A DNA stretch of 64,000 nt. Origin: Sphingobacteriales bacterium. GTDB lineage: Bacteria; Bacteroidota; Bacteroidia; UKL13-3. The position numbers and the translations under genes were made by a program. Positions within the stretch are counted from its first letter, which is position 1; every line of letters begins with the position of its first letter. The DNA lies in NCBI GenBank assembly GCA_021298155.1, contig JAJTEN010000015.1, positions 832 through 64,831 of the forward strand. The letters run 5' to 3'. A model generated the notes under the pieces. That model ran no database searches. It saw only the letters and a list, made by a program, of their open reading frames with translations, and was not told the DNA's origin. Shown piece after piece: positions 37,824-47,706 of this stretch.

Positions 37824-39626
37824 ATGAGTGAGAGAATAAAATTATTACCAGATCATGTAGCCAGTCAGATTGCGGCTGGCGAGGTTATTCAGCGTCCGGC
37901 TTCCATTGTTAAAGAGTTGTTGGATAATGCGATAGATGCAGAAAGCACACTAATTACCCTTTACATTAAAGATGCAGGCAAGTCTTTGGTTCAGATAGTA
38001 GATAATGGAATAGGCATGAATCATTTAGATGCGCGCATGTGTTGGGAGCGGCATGCTACCTCTAAACTAAATATAACCGAAGATATATTTAAGATTAACA
38101 CCATGGGTTTTAGGGGAGAAGCATTGGCTAGTATTGCTTCTGTTGCCCAGGTAGAGATGAAAACCCGAACCGAGCATGATGAACTGGGTACTTATTTGTT
38201 TATTGAAGGATCCCAAGTAAAAAAGCAAGAGCCTGTTGCCACACCTAAAGGAACCAGCATTGCTGTAAAGAACTTGTTTTTTAACATACCCGCGCGCAGA
38301 AATTTTTTAAAATCGAATCCAGTAGAGTGGCGACATATTCTGGATGAATTTAACCGAGCGGCTTTGGCAAATCCAGCTATATCATTCAAACTATATCATA
38401 ATGATGAGTTGCAATTAGACTTAAGCGAGCATACCTTACAAGAACGCATTTGTGAAGTTTTTTCAGATAGGAAACCAGACGATCTGATAGCCTTTGATGA
38501 GCGAACAAGTATCATACGTGTGCAGGGGTTTATATGTAAACCAGAATTTGCTAAGCGGATAAGGGGAGAGCAGTTTTTATTTGTTAACAGACGTTTTTTT
38601 AAAGACGCTTATTTTAATCATGCGATTCACAATGCATTTGAAGGCACTATAAGCAAAGAACAATACCCTTTATTTGTTGTGCATATGGAGATAGATCCGG
38701 CACACATAGACATTAATATTCATCCTACCAAAACAGAGGTTAAGTTTGAAGACGAACGGAATGTATATCAGATTTTACGCGCAGTAATAAGAAAATCATT
38801 GGCAGAATACGCTGAGAGTCCCACCGAAACCCAATTCGACGACAATCAATTTATTCATACAGAACTTAATTTTCCGAGAAGAGAAGTGTCCTCTGATTTT
38901 CAGAATTTGGCAACTGTGAGTAATCCAGATTGGGGTGGTATTAAAGAAAGTTATCAGCAGCACCGCAATCAGAATATAAAACATTGGGAAAGTTTATTTC
39001 AGGGTAATCAAGAATCTCCGAAGTTTGAGCAAGCGGCAAGCTTATTGCCACAAACAGATGAAACGAATGATTTGCGCGTATTTTTTCAGTTAAACAATCA
39101 ATTTATTGTTACACCCATTAAAAGTGGTTTAATGCTGATACATCAGCAATATGCCCATGAAAGAATATTATTTGAACGTTATTTGCAGGCTTTGGCTCAA
39201 CATCCAATTATGAGTCAGCAATTATTATTTCCAAAGGTGGTCAATTTAAACACCAACGACGCGCACCTCTTAACGGAGATATTACCAGAAATGGGTGCAT
39301 TAGGATTTACGGTAAATGCCTTTGGTAAAAATTCTTTTGTAATAAATGGTTTGCCTGCAGAGTTACATTTAGAAGACGAACAGGTTTTGTTAAATGGGAT
39401 AATAGAAACCTATAAAACCGAACTAAGCGGAGAAGTTAACAAACACCACAAGGTGGCTAAAACATTGGCAAAAAGGGCGGCTATAAAAACGGGTGTTCGA
39501 TTAAAAACGGAAGAGATGAACAAATTAGTAGATGAGTTGTTTGCCTGTTCAGAGCCGCAATCTTCGCCTGATGGGAGGCCATGTGTAAGCAAGTTAACCC
39601 TGCAAGATATTGCCAAAATGTTTTAA
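37824..39626 (+). CDS. mutL: DNA mismatch repair protein MutL
   Basis: GHKL ATPase N-terminus (IAAGEVIQRPASIVKELLDNAIDA, DNGIGM) and full-length MutL architecture, 600 aa. Confidence 0.95.
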   Translation: MSERIKLLPDHVASQIAAGEVIQRPASIVKELLDNAIDAESTLITLYIKDAGKSLVQIVDNGIGMNHLDARMCWERHATSKLNITEDIFKINTMGFRGEALASIASVAQVEMKTRTEHDELGTYLFIEGSQVKKQEPVATPKGTSIAVKNLFFNIPARRNFLKSNPVEWRHILDEFNRAALANPAISFKLYHNDELQLDLSEHTLQERICEVFSDRKPDDLIAFDERTSIIRVQGFICKPEFAKRIRGEQFLFVNRRFFKDAYFNHAIHNAFEGTISKEQYPLFVVHMEIDPAHIDINIHPTKTEVKFEDERNVYQILRAVIRKSLAEYAESPTETQFDDNQFIHTELNFPRREVSSDFQNLATVSNPDWGGIKESYQQHRNQNIKHWESLFQGNQESPKFEQAASLLPQTDETNDLRVFFQLNNQFIVTPIKSGLMLIHQQYAHERILFERYLQALAQHPIMSQQLLFPKVVNLNTNDAHLLTEILPEMGALGFTVNAFGKNSFVINGLPAELHLEDEQVLLNGIIETYKTELSGEVNKHHKVAKTLAKRAAIKTGVRLKTEEMNKLVDELFACSEPQSSPDGRPCVSKLTLQDIAKMF

Positions 39627-39643
39627 TTTCGCAGAAAAAATTC

Positions 39644-40477
39644 ATGTATCAACAACACAGACCTGGTAATTTTTCGAGCTTTCCGCCCGTTGTAAAAAAC
39701 CTGTTAATTATAAATGCCATTTGCTTTTTGGGTTATATAGTGCTTCAAGGAAGAGGTTTAATTAACCTGAACCAAACCTTGGGATTATATTATCCAGAGT
39801 CTGTTTATTTTAGGCCCTTTCAAATAATTACCCACGTATTTATGCATGGCTCTTTCATGCATTTGTTTTTTAATATGTTTTCTCTGTGGATGTTTGGTAG
39901 TGTTCTCGAGAATTATTGGGGTCCGAAAAGGTTTTTTATTTATTATTTTGTTACAGCGTTTGGTGCTGCTGCCTTACATTTAGGTGTTAATGCTTACGAG
40001 GTTTATCAGGCAAAGCAAGCTGTTTCAGCATTTTTGGTTCAGCCCGACTACGAACAATTTTTTAAGCTAATACAATCAGATAATTTTTTGGCGAACGACA
40101 CGCAGGTATCCGACTTTTTATTGGGATGGAAAGCTGATCCAAATAATCCTGAATACGTTAGTGGTGCTAAAGAAATTGTAGATTACATGTTGGCCAGAAA
40201 AATGAATGTACCGGTAGTTGGGGCAAGTGGTGCTGTTTTTGGATTATTACTTGGGTTTGGGATGTTGTTTCCAAATACCACCTTAATGATGTTATTTATC
40301 CCGTTTCCGATTAAAGCCAAGTATTTCGTAATATTTTATGGTGCTTTAGAATTATACCAAGGTTTTTCTAATAATCCTTCAGATAATGTGGCTCATTTTG
40401 CACATTTGGGAGGGATGCTTTTTGGGTTTATTCTCATCAAAATTTGGAATAAAAACAATCGCCAGCATTTTTATTAG
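39644..40477 (+). CDS. Rhomboid family intramembrane serine protease
   Basis: GASGAVFG catalytic Ser motif and AHLGGMLFG catalytic His motif. The start is moved to ATG 39644, just downstream of the mutL stop. Confidence 0.88.
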   Translation: MYQQHRPGNFSSFPPVVKNLLIINAICFLGYIVLQGRGLINLNQTLGLYYPESVYFRPFQIITHVFMHGSFMHLFFNMFSLWMFGSVLENYWGPKRFFIYYFVTAFGAAALHLGVNAYEVYQAKQAVSAFLVQPDYEQFFKLIQSDNFLANDTQVSDFLLGWKADPNNPEYVSGAKEIVDYMLARKMNVPVVGASGAVFGLLLGFGMLFPNTTLMMLFIPFPIKAKYFVIFYGALELYQGFSNNPSDNVAHFAHLGGMLFGFILIKIWNKNNRQHFY

Positions 40478-40485
40478 CATATCCT

Positions 40486-40884
40486 ATGATAGAGTCAAAT
40501 TCATCCTCAGAAAAGGCGATATATTCTAAATGGGCAATTTTAGGTTTTTGTTTGTTTTTTAGTCCCATTTTTGGCGGCTTTATGTTGCGTAAAAATTTTC
40601 GTGGCATTCGAAAAAACGCAGAAGGAAACATTGTTTTTTTGGTTTCTATTATGATGGCATTTTTAACAGCTTTATTGGCATCAACCCCTTATGGTGGGGC
40701 TGGTACCACTATTTTTGCTAATTTTTTACAAGGAGCTTTGTTGGTAGAATTTTCGTTTAAGAAATATTTTATAGATGCAGATGATTTACCTAAGAAATCA
40801 GTTTTACCTATGTTATCTGCTTCATTAATGATTGTTGCTGCATTGCTTATGCTACTCATTTTATTGGGAGCGCCCGTGCAATAA
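40486..40884 (+). CDS. Hypothetical small membrane protein
   Basis: 132 aa with 3-4 hydrophobic helices. No recognisable family. Confidence 0.45.
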   Translation: MIESNSSSEKAIYSKWAILGFCLFFSPIFGGFMLRKNFRGIRKNAEGNIVFLVSIMMAFLTALLASTPYGGAGTTIFANFLQGALLVEFSFKKYFIDADDLPKKSVLPMLSASLMIVAALLMLLILLGAPVQ

Positions 40885-40891
40885 GTGAAGG

Positions 40892-40920
40892 AAAACCGCT
40901 CTATACGCGGTTTAGTTTTG
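40892..40920 (+). terminator. Possible rho-independent terminator
   Basis: AAACCGC-tctatac-GCGGTTT hairpin followed by a T-rich stretch (agttttgg), 8 nt after the stop of the 40486..40884 ORF. Confidence 0.45.
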
Positions 40921-41001
40921 GCTTATTCTTAATTGCCAAAAAATAATACAAAACCTATTTATTGTGTGGTTAACTCTATTTGTACTTTTTATTGCATCTG
41001 G

Positions 41002-41009
41002 TAGATTTG
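41002..41009 (+). promoter_or_regulatory. Candidate -7 promoter box (TAgaTTTG), 4 nt before the SSS transporter ATG
   Basis: Exact TAnnTTTG match with a 4-nt spacer to the ATG at 41014. Confidence 0.4.
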
Positions 41010-41013
41010 TATT

Positions 41014-42453
41014 ATGGGATCAGCACTTTTTTTAACTGTAATTGTAATTTATTTTTTGGTTTTATTGGGCGTGGCTTATTATACCTCGCGCAATGCTACC
41101 AACGATTCTTTTTATATTGGTAACAAGAGCAGCCATTGGGCACTGGTTGCCTTTGGTATGATAGGCACTTCACTTTCGGGAGTTACCTTTGTTTCTGTTC
41201 CCGGTACAGTTGAATTGGCAAAGTTTAGCTATTTTCAGGTAGTTATAGGATATTTTATTGGCTACTTTGTAGTGGCCTATGTATTGTTGCCTCTGTATTA
41301 TAGGCTTCAGCTTACCTCAATTTATAATTATTTGGGCGAAAGATTTGGATTGGTGTCGTACAAAACTGGGGCTTTATTTTTTATCGTTTCCAGAACCTTA
41401 GGCGCTACGCTAAGATTATATTTGGTTATTAATGTGTTGCAGTTATTTGTATTGAACCAATTAGGCATTTCATTTGAGTTAACTACCTGCATTATTCTGG
41501 GAATGATTTTGCTTTATACCTTTAAAGGAGGAGTAAAAACTATTGTGTGGACAGATACCTTACAAACCTTTTTTATGCTCTTGGCCTTGGTGGTTTGTGT
41601 GTTTTACATCATCGGAGATTTGGGCATGAGCTTTTCACAAACTTTAACACGGTTGGCAGATAGCGGCCACATGGATGTGTTTAATTGGGACATAAATGAT
41701 AAGCGATATTTTCTGAAGCAGATTATTGGCGGGGCTTTTATAACTATTGCGATGACAGGATTGGATCAGGAAATGATGCAAAAAAACATTAGTGTAAAAA
41801 CCCTTGGTGGTGCGCAAAAGAATATGGTATTATTTAGTTCTGTTATGGTGCTGGTAAACTTTTTGTTTTTGTTATTGGGTGGCGTTTTGTATTTGTTTGC
41901 TAGCAGTAAAGGTATTTTGGTAAAAGGAGATGATTTGTTTCCAACGATTGCCTTAGACTATATGCCGGTTTGGGTATCGTTGATATTTATTATTGGATTA
42001 ATTTCTGCGCTCTTTCCTTCTGCAGATGGCGCGATTACAGCGCTTACCTCTTCTTTTTGTATTGATATTATTGGTTTAAAAAGACAAACTGGATTAACAG
42101 AACAACAGCAATCCAAAACCAGAAAAATTGTTCACTTAAGCTTTGCTGTAGTGTTTTTATTGCTGGTATTTTATTTTAAAATGCTTAACAACAAATCTAT
42201 CATAACCATTTTATTGGATATTGCAGGTTATACTTATGGTCCGTTACTTGGATTGTTTGCATTTGGCATACTTACTACATGTAAAATTAAAGATCATTTA
42301 ACGCCAATTGTTTGTTTGCTTGCTCCGGTTTTATGTTATGCTTTTCAGTACTTTGTGCCTCAATTTTTTGGTTGGAATTATAACATTGGAATTGAATTGT
42401 TGGTATTAAATGGTGCATTAACCTTTGCTGGACTCTGGCTTATCAGAAAATAG
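41014..42453 (+). CDS. Sodium:solute symporter (SSS) family transporter
   Basis: 479 aa, about 13 TM helices, with an SSS-type N-terminal region (..YYTSRNATNDSFYIGNKSSHWALVAFGMIGTSLSGVTF). Confidence 0.85.
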   Translation: MGSALFLTVIVIYFLVLLGVAYYTSRNATNDSFYIGNKSSHWALVAFGMIGTSLSGVTFVSVPGTVELAKFSYFQVVIGYFIGYFVVAYVLLPLYYRLQLTSIYNYLGERFGLVSYKTGALFFIVSRTLGATLRLYLVINVLQLFVLNQLGISFELTTCIILGMILLYTFKGGVKTIVWTDTLQTFFMLLALVVCVFYIIGDLGMSFSQTLTRLADSGHMDVFNWDINDKRYFLKQIIGGAFITIAMTGLDQEMMQKNISVKTLGGAQKNMVLFSSVMVLVNFLFLLLGGVLYLFASSKGILVKGDDLFPTIALDYMPVWVSLIFIIGLISALFPSADGAITALTSSFCIDIIGLKRQTGLTEQQQSKTRKIVHLSFAVVFLLLVFYFKMLNNKSIITILLDIAGYTYGPLLGLFAFGILTTCKIKDHLTPIVCLLAPVLCYAFQYFVPQFFGWNYNIGIELLVLNGALTFAGLWLIRK

Positions 42454-42469
42454 TTTTATCTTGTGCCAC

Positions 42470-43099
42470 ATGGCTATTCATCCTTTATTCTTAAAAATTG
42501 CAGGTGGCGAAAGTGAGGTTTTAGATTTTAAGAAAACCATTTCTTCTGCTAGTAAAATTGCTAAAACGATGAGTGCCTTTGCCAATCACAAAGGTGGCAC
42601 TTTATTGGTTGGGGTAAATGATAATAAATCTATAGCTGGCGTGAGGAGTGAAGATGAAAAGTATATGTTAGATTTAGCGGCTCACTTTTATGTGAAACCA
42701 GAAATTGACATTGAATTGATTGAATGGGAGCTGGGAGACAAAACGGTTATTGAGGCAATTATTCCAGAGGGTAACAATAAGCCTTATTATGCTAAAGACG
42801 AAGAAGGCAAGTGGTGGGTGCATATTCGGGTAAAAGACCAATCTTTATTGGCCAGTAAAATTGTGGTGGATGTACTCAAGAAAAACAGTGGTAAATCGCC
42901 CAATATTTTTGAGTTTACAGATCACGAAAGATCTGTTCTAAAACATTTAGAAAAAAACAATAGGGCCACGCTAAAAGAAATCTGTAAGTTATTGAATATT
43001 TCTAGGTGGCGTGCACAGAAGATGTTAGTTAGTTTAGTAAGTGCTGGTGTAATTCGGTCGCATCAAACAGAAAAAGTAGAGTATTTTACACTGAGTTAA
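42470..43099 (+). CDS. AlbA_2 (Schlafen/RecG-C-like) DNA-binding domain protein with C-terminal winged-helix
   Basis: GESEVLDFKKTI...AFANHKGGTLLVGVND is the AlbA_2 signature. The C-terminal ..ATLKEICKLLNISRWRAQKMLVSLVSAGVI looks like a wHTH. The start is moved to ATG 42470. Confidence 0.6.
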   Translation: MAIHPLFLKIAGGESEVLDFKKTISSASKIAKTMSAFANHKGGTLLVGVNDNKSIAGVRSEDEKYMLDLAAHFYVKPEIDIELIEWELGDKTVIEAIIPEGNNKPYYAKDEEGKWWVHIRVKDQSLLASKIVVDVLKKNSGKSPNIFEFTDHERSVLKHLEKNNRATLKEICKLLNISRWRAQKMLVSLVSAGVIRSHQTEKVEYFTLS

Positions 43100-43165
43100 G
43101 TTGTTTTTACGGATTAAAGAGATTATTTAGAAATAAAGGCATTTATTTTGCAAGAGAAACAGAAT

Positions 43166-43660
43166 ATGAAAAAATTACAATTGATACTTTTGGTGATTAT
43201 TCCTTTTTTAGCCAGTAACACTTTTGCTCAGCACCCAGAGCCCAATCCTAAAAACATGGAAATAGCCAAACGCTTTTCCTACTTTTTAGAAAATGGTTTT
43301 GAATCGATAGACCTTATGAAAGTTGGTAGTGTAGACCGTTCATTTTTTAGTTTGGGTACTCCTCAATTGGTGATCTATGACAAAAACAGCAAAACCAAAA
43401 AGAACCTCTTAAACTCTTTCTCTATAATGGTTCAGCCTAGTCAAGAAAATGTACAAGGAAAAGTATTTGCCATGCAATCGCCGCAGTTTACAAATGGCTG
43501 CAAGCAATTTTTAACGGTAATGCCTATAGATAGTAAGATAACCTTTGCAGAGGTAAAACTAAACACCACCTTGCCTGTGGTAACCCAGCCTGCGCCAGGG
43601 GCCAAGCATGTTTTAGGACCAGGTGTTTTGCCTATTGCTTTTTTTCTTTACCTTAAATAA
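43166..43660 (+). CDS. Hypothetical secreted protein
   Basis: Signal peptide MKKLQLILLVIIPFLASNTFAQ from ATG 43166. No known motif. Confidence 0.45.
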   Translation: MKKLQLILLVIIPFLASNTFAQHPEPNPKNMEIAKRFSYFLENGFESIDLMKVGSVDRSFFSLGTPQLVIYDKNSKTKKNLLNSFSIMVQPSQENVQGKVFAMQSPQFTNGCKQFLTVMPIDSKITFAEVKLNTTLPVVTQPAPGAKHVLGPGVLPIAFFLYLK

Positions 43661-43701
43661 AGGCATTTTCATTATTTTGCCTGAACCAACCCTTGTTATA
43701 A

Positions 43702-45132
43702 GTGAAGCGTTTTTGGCATCAAAATCAGGTTTATGTTTTATGCTTTGTAATAGTATTGCTATTCAATGTCGCCCTATTTTTGGCACTTTCTAAGAATGGT
43801 ATAGGATTAAGCATAGATTCTGTAAATTATTTTTCAGCTGCTCAAGGTTTATGGGCAAATTTTAACTTGGTTTTATTCGACGGTTTACCGCTTGTAAATG
43901 CTGTTCCATTATACAGTTTTTTGCTATTGCCTGCTTATGCACTGGGCATTGATGTGGGCAGTTTTGCGCTGTTTTTGCATGTGTTATTTTTTAATGTGCA
44001 AGCGCTTTTTATCTACTTCCTTCTGCGCCAATTGATCTCAGATAAATTGATTCTTTGGGCGTATTTGGCGCTTATGTTGGGAAACTATTTTGCCTTTGTG
44101 CAAGTGTATGTATGGGCACTAACAGAAATGGGTTTTATGGCGCTTTTGAGCGCTTGGGTATATTGTCAATTATATCGATCACATGCTACTTTTTGGTGTG
44201 CTATACTTTTTGGCCTGTTATGCATGCAGCGCTATGTTGTGTGGTTCTTTTTACCTGCTATTTTAGTATATTGGTTCAGCCAGAAAAAGTCTTTTTTTTA
44301 TGTGGCTAAGCAGTTGTGGCTTGGTGTTTTGTTAACGGGTATTTGGGTGTTTAGGAATTATCAATTGCACGGAAATTTTAGTGGTGAACACCAATTGCTT
44401 CAAAAATTTGCTCTGGCATCCTTTACAGAAAACCTGAACAATTTGATTTGGGGTATCCTTAACTTGAACCCACTTTTTGCTGGAGTAGCTTACTATTTAT
44501 TTGCCTTATTGGTTATAGGTTTAGCTTGGCTAAAAGCGGATGGAAATGGTAAAGTGATGCTTACATTGTTGTTTTGGATGGGCTTAAGTTTGTTTATTGG
44601 ATTAATGGCGCAGCGAAATTTACAAATGTCGCAATTACCCCGCTATATTTCAGTGTTTTATGTTTTGATTAGTTTTGGTTTTTGGCTCTTTTTTGAGCAA
44701 ATGTCTTTATCTATTTACCTAAAACGTACGGCGTTAATTGCTTTCGCTGGTATTTCGCTTTTTCTGCTGATTAATAAGGCATTATATTTTAAGCAAGTTG
44801 GATTGGGTACCAAGGCTTCGCGTGCCTATTGGGTAGAAATTGACAATGTCGCACTAAGCAATTACTCAGATTTACCAATGCTTTCCAACTTCCCTGATGT
44901 GGTTTGGCTCAAAACGGGTAAAACTTGTGGGTATACTAAATATAGCGCCGAAGATTATGATGTTTTTGCCAAGCGCAATGTGCCCGGGCAATACCGCGTA
45001 ATTTGGTTTAAAGACAGTAGCAGAGAAATGCTTATGGACGAGGACTTCTTAAACAACAATGCCGATTTTACACCTATGTATGATGGACATTGGCATAAAA
45101 TCGGCACTTTAAAAATAGGTTCAGCCTATTAA
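43702..45132 (+). CDS. Polytopic membrane protein, possibly a GT-C-type (ArnT/PMT-like) glycosyltransferase
   Basis: 476 aa with 10 or more TM helices followed by a soluble C-terminal domain. GTG start. The family call is from topology only. Confidence 0.45.
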   Translation: MKRFWHQNQVYVLCFVIVLLFNVALFLALSKNGIGLSIDSVNYFSAAQGLWANFNLVLFDGLPLVNAVPLYSFLLLPAYALGIDVGSFALFLHVLFFNVQALFIYFLLRQLISDKLILWAYLALMLGNYFAFVQVYVWALTEMGFMALLSAWVYCQLYRSHATFWCAILFGLLCMQRYVVWFFLPAILVYWFSQKKSFFYVAKQLWLGVLLTGIWVFRNYQLHGNFSGEHQLLQKFALASFTENLNNLIWGILNLNPLFAGVAYYLFALLVIGLAWLKADGNGKVMLTLLFWMGLSLFIGLMAQRNLQMSQLPRYISVFYVLISFGFWLFFEQMSLSIYLKRTALIAFAGISLFLLINKALYFKQVGLGTKASRAYWVEIDNVALSNYSDLPMLSNFPDVVWLKTGKTCGYTKYSAEDYDVFAKRNVPGQYRVIWFKDSSREMLMDEDFLNNNADFTPMYDGHWHKIGTLKIGSAY

Positions 45133-45137
45133 ATTAA

Positions 45138-46598
45138 TTATTGACCTTGGGCCAGGGAATAACCTGGTTTATCATCAAAATATCTTAAAATTTCTGTGGA
45201 AGTTACCAATAGGTTTTTAGCAGCATGAGCAGCCAAATCGAACATCTGTGCCAGGCTGGTTTCTTTGCCTTTTTCTACTTCAAAACGCACTCGGTATTGG
45301 TCTATACATTCTGTAAAAACAGAACCACTAGGCCATACTTGCGTACCACGGTTAGAAATCATGATTAATTTGCAATCTGCAGTTTCAGATAGTTTTAAGA
45401 CTTCTGCTAGTTTATTAGCCACCAAATTAGATTCGATGAATAAGTCGATACCCACCACTTTTTCTGTTTTACGCGTAGCTGTTTGCATCATTTTTTGCTC
45501 AGCTGGTTTCTGCGGTAAGCTATATGCCGCGCTGGCTTTGCTCTTTCTACCTTCTGGTCCACTTGGCTTATTACCTAAATTGGCAATAATGGCATTAGCA
45601 AAATCTGTAGTGTTTAATGAAGCAGTTGTTTTATCGCCAAAATCGCCTGTGTGTTTACCTTGTTCTAGGGTGCATAATAAAGCGTTTTCAATGTTATCTG
45701 CGTGTTCCATTAATCCTAAGTGGCGTAACATCATAAAACTGCTCAACAAAAGGGCAGTTGGGTTGGCAATGTTTTTACCTGTGATATCGGGAGCTGTACC
45801 GTGTACGGCTTCAAAAATAGAAATTTGATCGCCAATATTGGCTGAAGGGGCGAAACCTAAACCACCCACTAAACCAGCGCACAAATCGCTCATAATATCT
45901 CCTTGAAGGTTGGTTAATACCACTACTTCAAACGACTGTGGTTTGCTCACCAATTTCATAGCCAAATCATCTACAATAATATCATTGGCAATAATTTCTG
46001 GATAGTCTTTAGCTACTTCGTAAAAAGTTTCTAGGAACAATCCATCGGTTAATTTCATGATATTGGCTTTGTGGGCACAGGTTACGGTTTTAAAACCTTC
46101 TTTCTTTGCCATTTCAAAGGCAAATTTGTGCACTTGTATGCTTCCTGGTCTGGTTATTAAGCGGCGACAAAGGGCTACATCCTGACTTAACATATGCTCA
46201 ATACCACCATAAGTGCCCTCAATGTTTTCGCGCACTATGGTTAAATCTATTGGAATACCGGCTTTAGAGAAAACGGTGCTTACTCCGTTTAAAGATCTAA
46301 AGTGGCGGCGATTGGCAAAAGTGCTCCAGGTTTTTCTGGCGGTAACGTTAATAGATTTAACCCCTTTGCCTTTTGGGGTTTCCATCGGACCTTTAAATAA
46401 AATACCCAATTGCTCAACGGTTTCTTTGGCTTCGTTGGTCATACCAGTGCTAAAACCCTTGTCGTAAAAGGTTTTGCCCATTTCAATAAACTGATAATCA
46501 AGAGGAACGTTTGCGGCTTCAAAAATTTGAATTACGGCATCCATAATTTCTGGTCCAATACCATCGCCTTTGGCAACTGCTATTTTAATTTTATCCAT
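45138..46598 (-). CDS. icd: Isocitrate dehydrogenase (isocitrate/isopropylmalate dehydrogenase family) with ~140-aa C-terminal extension
   Basis: The Iso_dh-type N-terminus is KIAVAKGDGIGPEIM, with conserved blocks ..NLQGDIMSDLCAGLVGGLG... 486 aa in total. Confidence 0.8.
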   Translation of the reverse strand: MDKIKIAVAKGDGIGPEIMDAVIQIFEAANVPLDYQFIEMGKTFYDKGFSTGMTNEAKETVEQLGILFKGPMETPKGKGVKSINVTARKTWSTFANRRHFRSLNGVSTVFSKAGIPIDLTIVRENIEGTYGGIEHMLSQDVALCRRLITRPGSIQVHKFAFEMAKKEGFKTVTCAHKANIMKLTDGLFLETFYEVAKDYPEIIANDIIVDDLAMKLVSKPQSFEVVVLTNLQGDIMSDLCAGLVGGLGFAPSANIGDQISIFEAVHGTAPDITGKNIANPTALLLSSFMMLRHLGLMEHADNIENALLCTLEQGKHTGDFGDKTTASLNTTDFANAIIANLGNKPSGPEGRKSKASAAYSLPQKPAEQKMMQTATRKTEKVVGIDLFIESNLVANKLAEVLKLSETADCKLIMISNRGTQVWPSGSVFTECIDQYRVRFEVEKGKETSLAQMFDLAAHAAKNLLVTSTEILRYFDDKPGYSLAQGQ

Positions 46599-46623
46599 AT
46601 TAAATTGATTGGTTTATAAGCCG

Positions 46624-46631
46624 CAAAGGTA
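46624..46631 (-). promoter_or_regulatory. Candidate -7 promoter box (TAccTTTG) for icd
   Basis: The + strand reads CAAAGGTA, about 25 nt upstream of the ATG at 46598. Confidence 0.45.
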
Positions 46632-46886
46632 GTGTTTTGAGCAGATTGAGCAAAATTTCATAAGCATAAAATTTAATGGGTAAGATTATTAAAGATATGT
46701 ATGATTATTTCTGTGTATTTGTTTTTAGAATCTAGTGTAAAAAGTTAAATTTTAATTGAATTCCTTTCTTAAAACCTTGTTTAGTATGAAATCATGAGAT
46801 CTCTGTTCAGAATAAGATCATCATGATTTTTTAGTCAATATTTTAAAAACTTCTAGAGTAGATATTACTCTCCAATAGTTTATCAA

Positions 46887-46894
46887 TATATTTG
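46887..46894 (+). promoter_or_regulatory. Candidate -7 promoter box (TAtaTTTG), 3 nt before the small-lipoprotein ATG
   Basis: Exact TAnnTTTG match with a 3-nt spacer to the ATG at 46898. Confidence 0.4.
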
Positions 46895-46897
46895 TGC

Positions 46898-47356
46898 ATG
46901 CAAAAAATAAGTACCCTTATATTCATTTTTTTAGGCACACTAGCCAGCTTCACCTCAGGGTGTAAAAAGGATGAGGCAGCTAATAATACATCCACGCAAA
47001 CTGATGCAAGAGACATTGCAGTTGGTTCTTATCGCGGCACCTATTATTACACGCACAACAATCAAACACAAACTGAAGCAAGAACAGTTTTAATAACAAA
47101 AGGAGCAAACAATAACCTGATTATTGATTTTGGCGCTGGTTTTATTGTAACTACAGATGCAGTTAATGTTTTTGGGAAAGATATTTCAGGTAGCATTTCA
47201 GAGCAAAATGTGGTGAGTTTTACTGTTAAGGGTGTAGGTGATGTAGGCAATCATTTTGCTTATTCAGAATCCAATGGTAAAAGTGCTTTTACATGCCATA
47301 TTAACCTAAAACAACCCGGCTTCCAAAGCACTGTTTTATTTCTTGGGTATAAGTAG
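46898..47356 (+). CDS. Hypothetical small lipoprotein
   Basis: MQKISTLIFIFLGTLASFTSGCKKD (signal peptide plus lipobox) from ATG 46898. It is flanked by long AT-rich non-coding stretches. Confidence 0.5.
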   Translation: MQKISTLIFIFLGTLASFTSGCKKDEAANNTSTQTDARDIAVGSYRGTYYYTHNNQTQTEARTVLITKGANNNLIIDFGAGFIVTTDAVNVFGKDISGSISEQNVVSFTVKGVGDVGNHFAYSESNGKSAFTCHINLKQPGFQSTVLFLGYK

Positions 47357-47706
47357 TAAAATTTGTTAAGCTATCATTTGTAGCTTTTCTTGTAGATTTT
47401 TTTAACCTTTTCTACAATCTCTTATCCATCTCGTTGTGCTAGGAATCAATGTATAGAATAGGATTTTTTCGATGGAAACGCCAATATAGATTTATTTATC
47501 TATCCGACATTTTTGGCTAAATATAAACGTAAAAATGGAATGGGTTTTTCTGCAAAGAGTATATTAATTATTTGATAAAGAAAAAAGTCAATATAGTTGG
47601 AAGGATGTTTAATCAAGCATTCAATAGGATTATTGATGTTTACCAAACCACAAATTCTTTTACCTTCGCAGGGGTATTGGTTCAGACCTAATAAAAGTGC
47701 TAAGCA

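Noticed and set aside
45265-45828. Long antisense or alternative-frame ORFs: 187 aa opposite icd, 137 aa at 23466-23879, 140 aa at 9083-9505, 123 aa at 417-788 and 117 aa at 29112-29465.
   Set aside because: Each lies entirely inside a gene with strong family similarity on the other strand or frame. They have odd composition (Cys/Arg/Ser-rich or hydrophobic mirror sequence) and no recognisable motifs, so they look like typical shadow ORFs.
47593-47680. Small ORFs in long AT-rich intergenic regions: a 28-codon ORF (MFNQAFNRIIDVYQTTNSFTFAGVLVQT) upstream of the aminotransferase, and a 19-codon ORF at about 46676.
   Set aside because: They have no promoter box, no conservation evidence available to me and no recognisable leader-peptide logic such as runs of a regulatory amino acid. 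They are indistinguishable from random ORFs.
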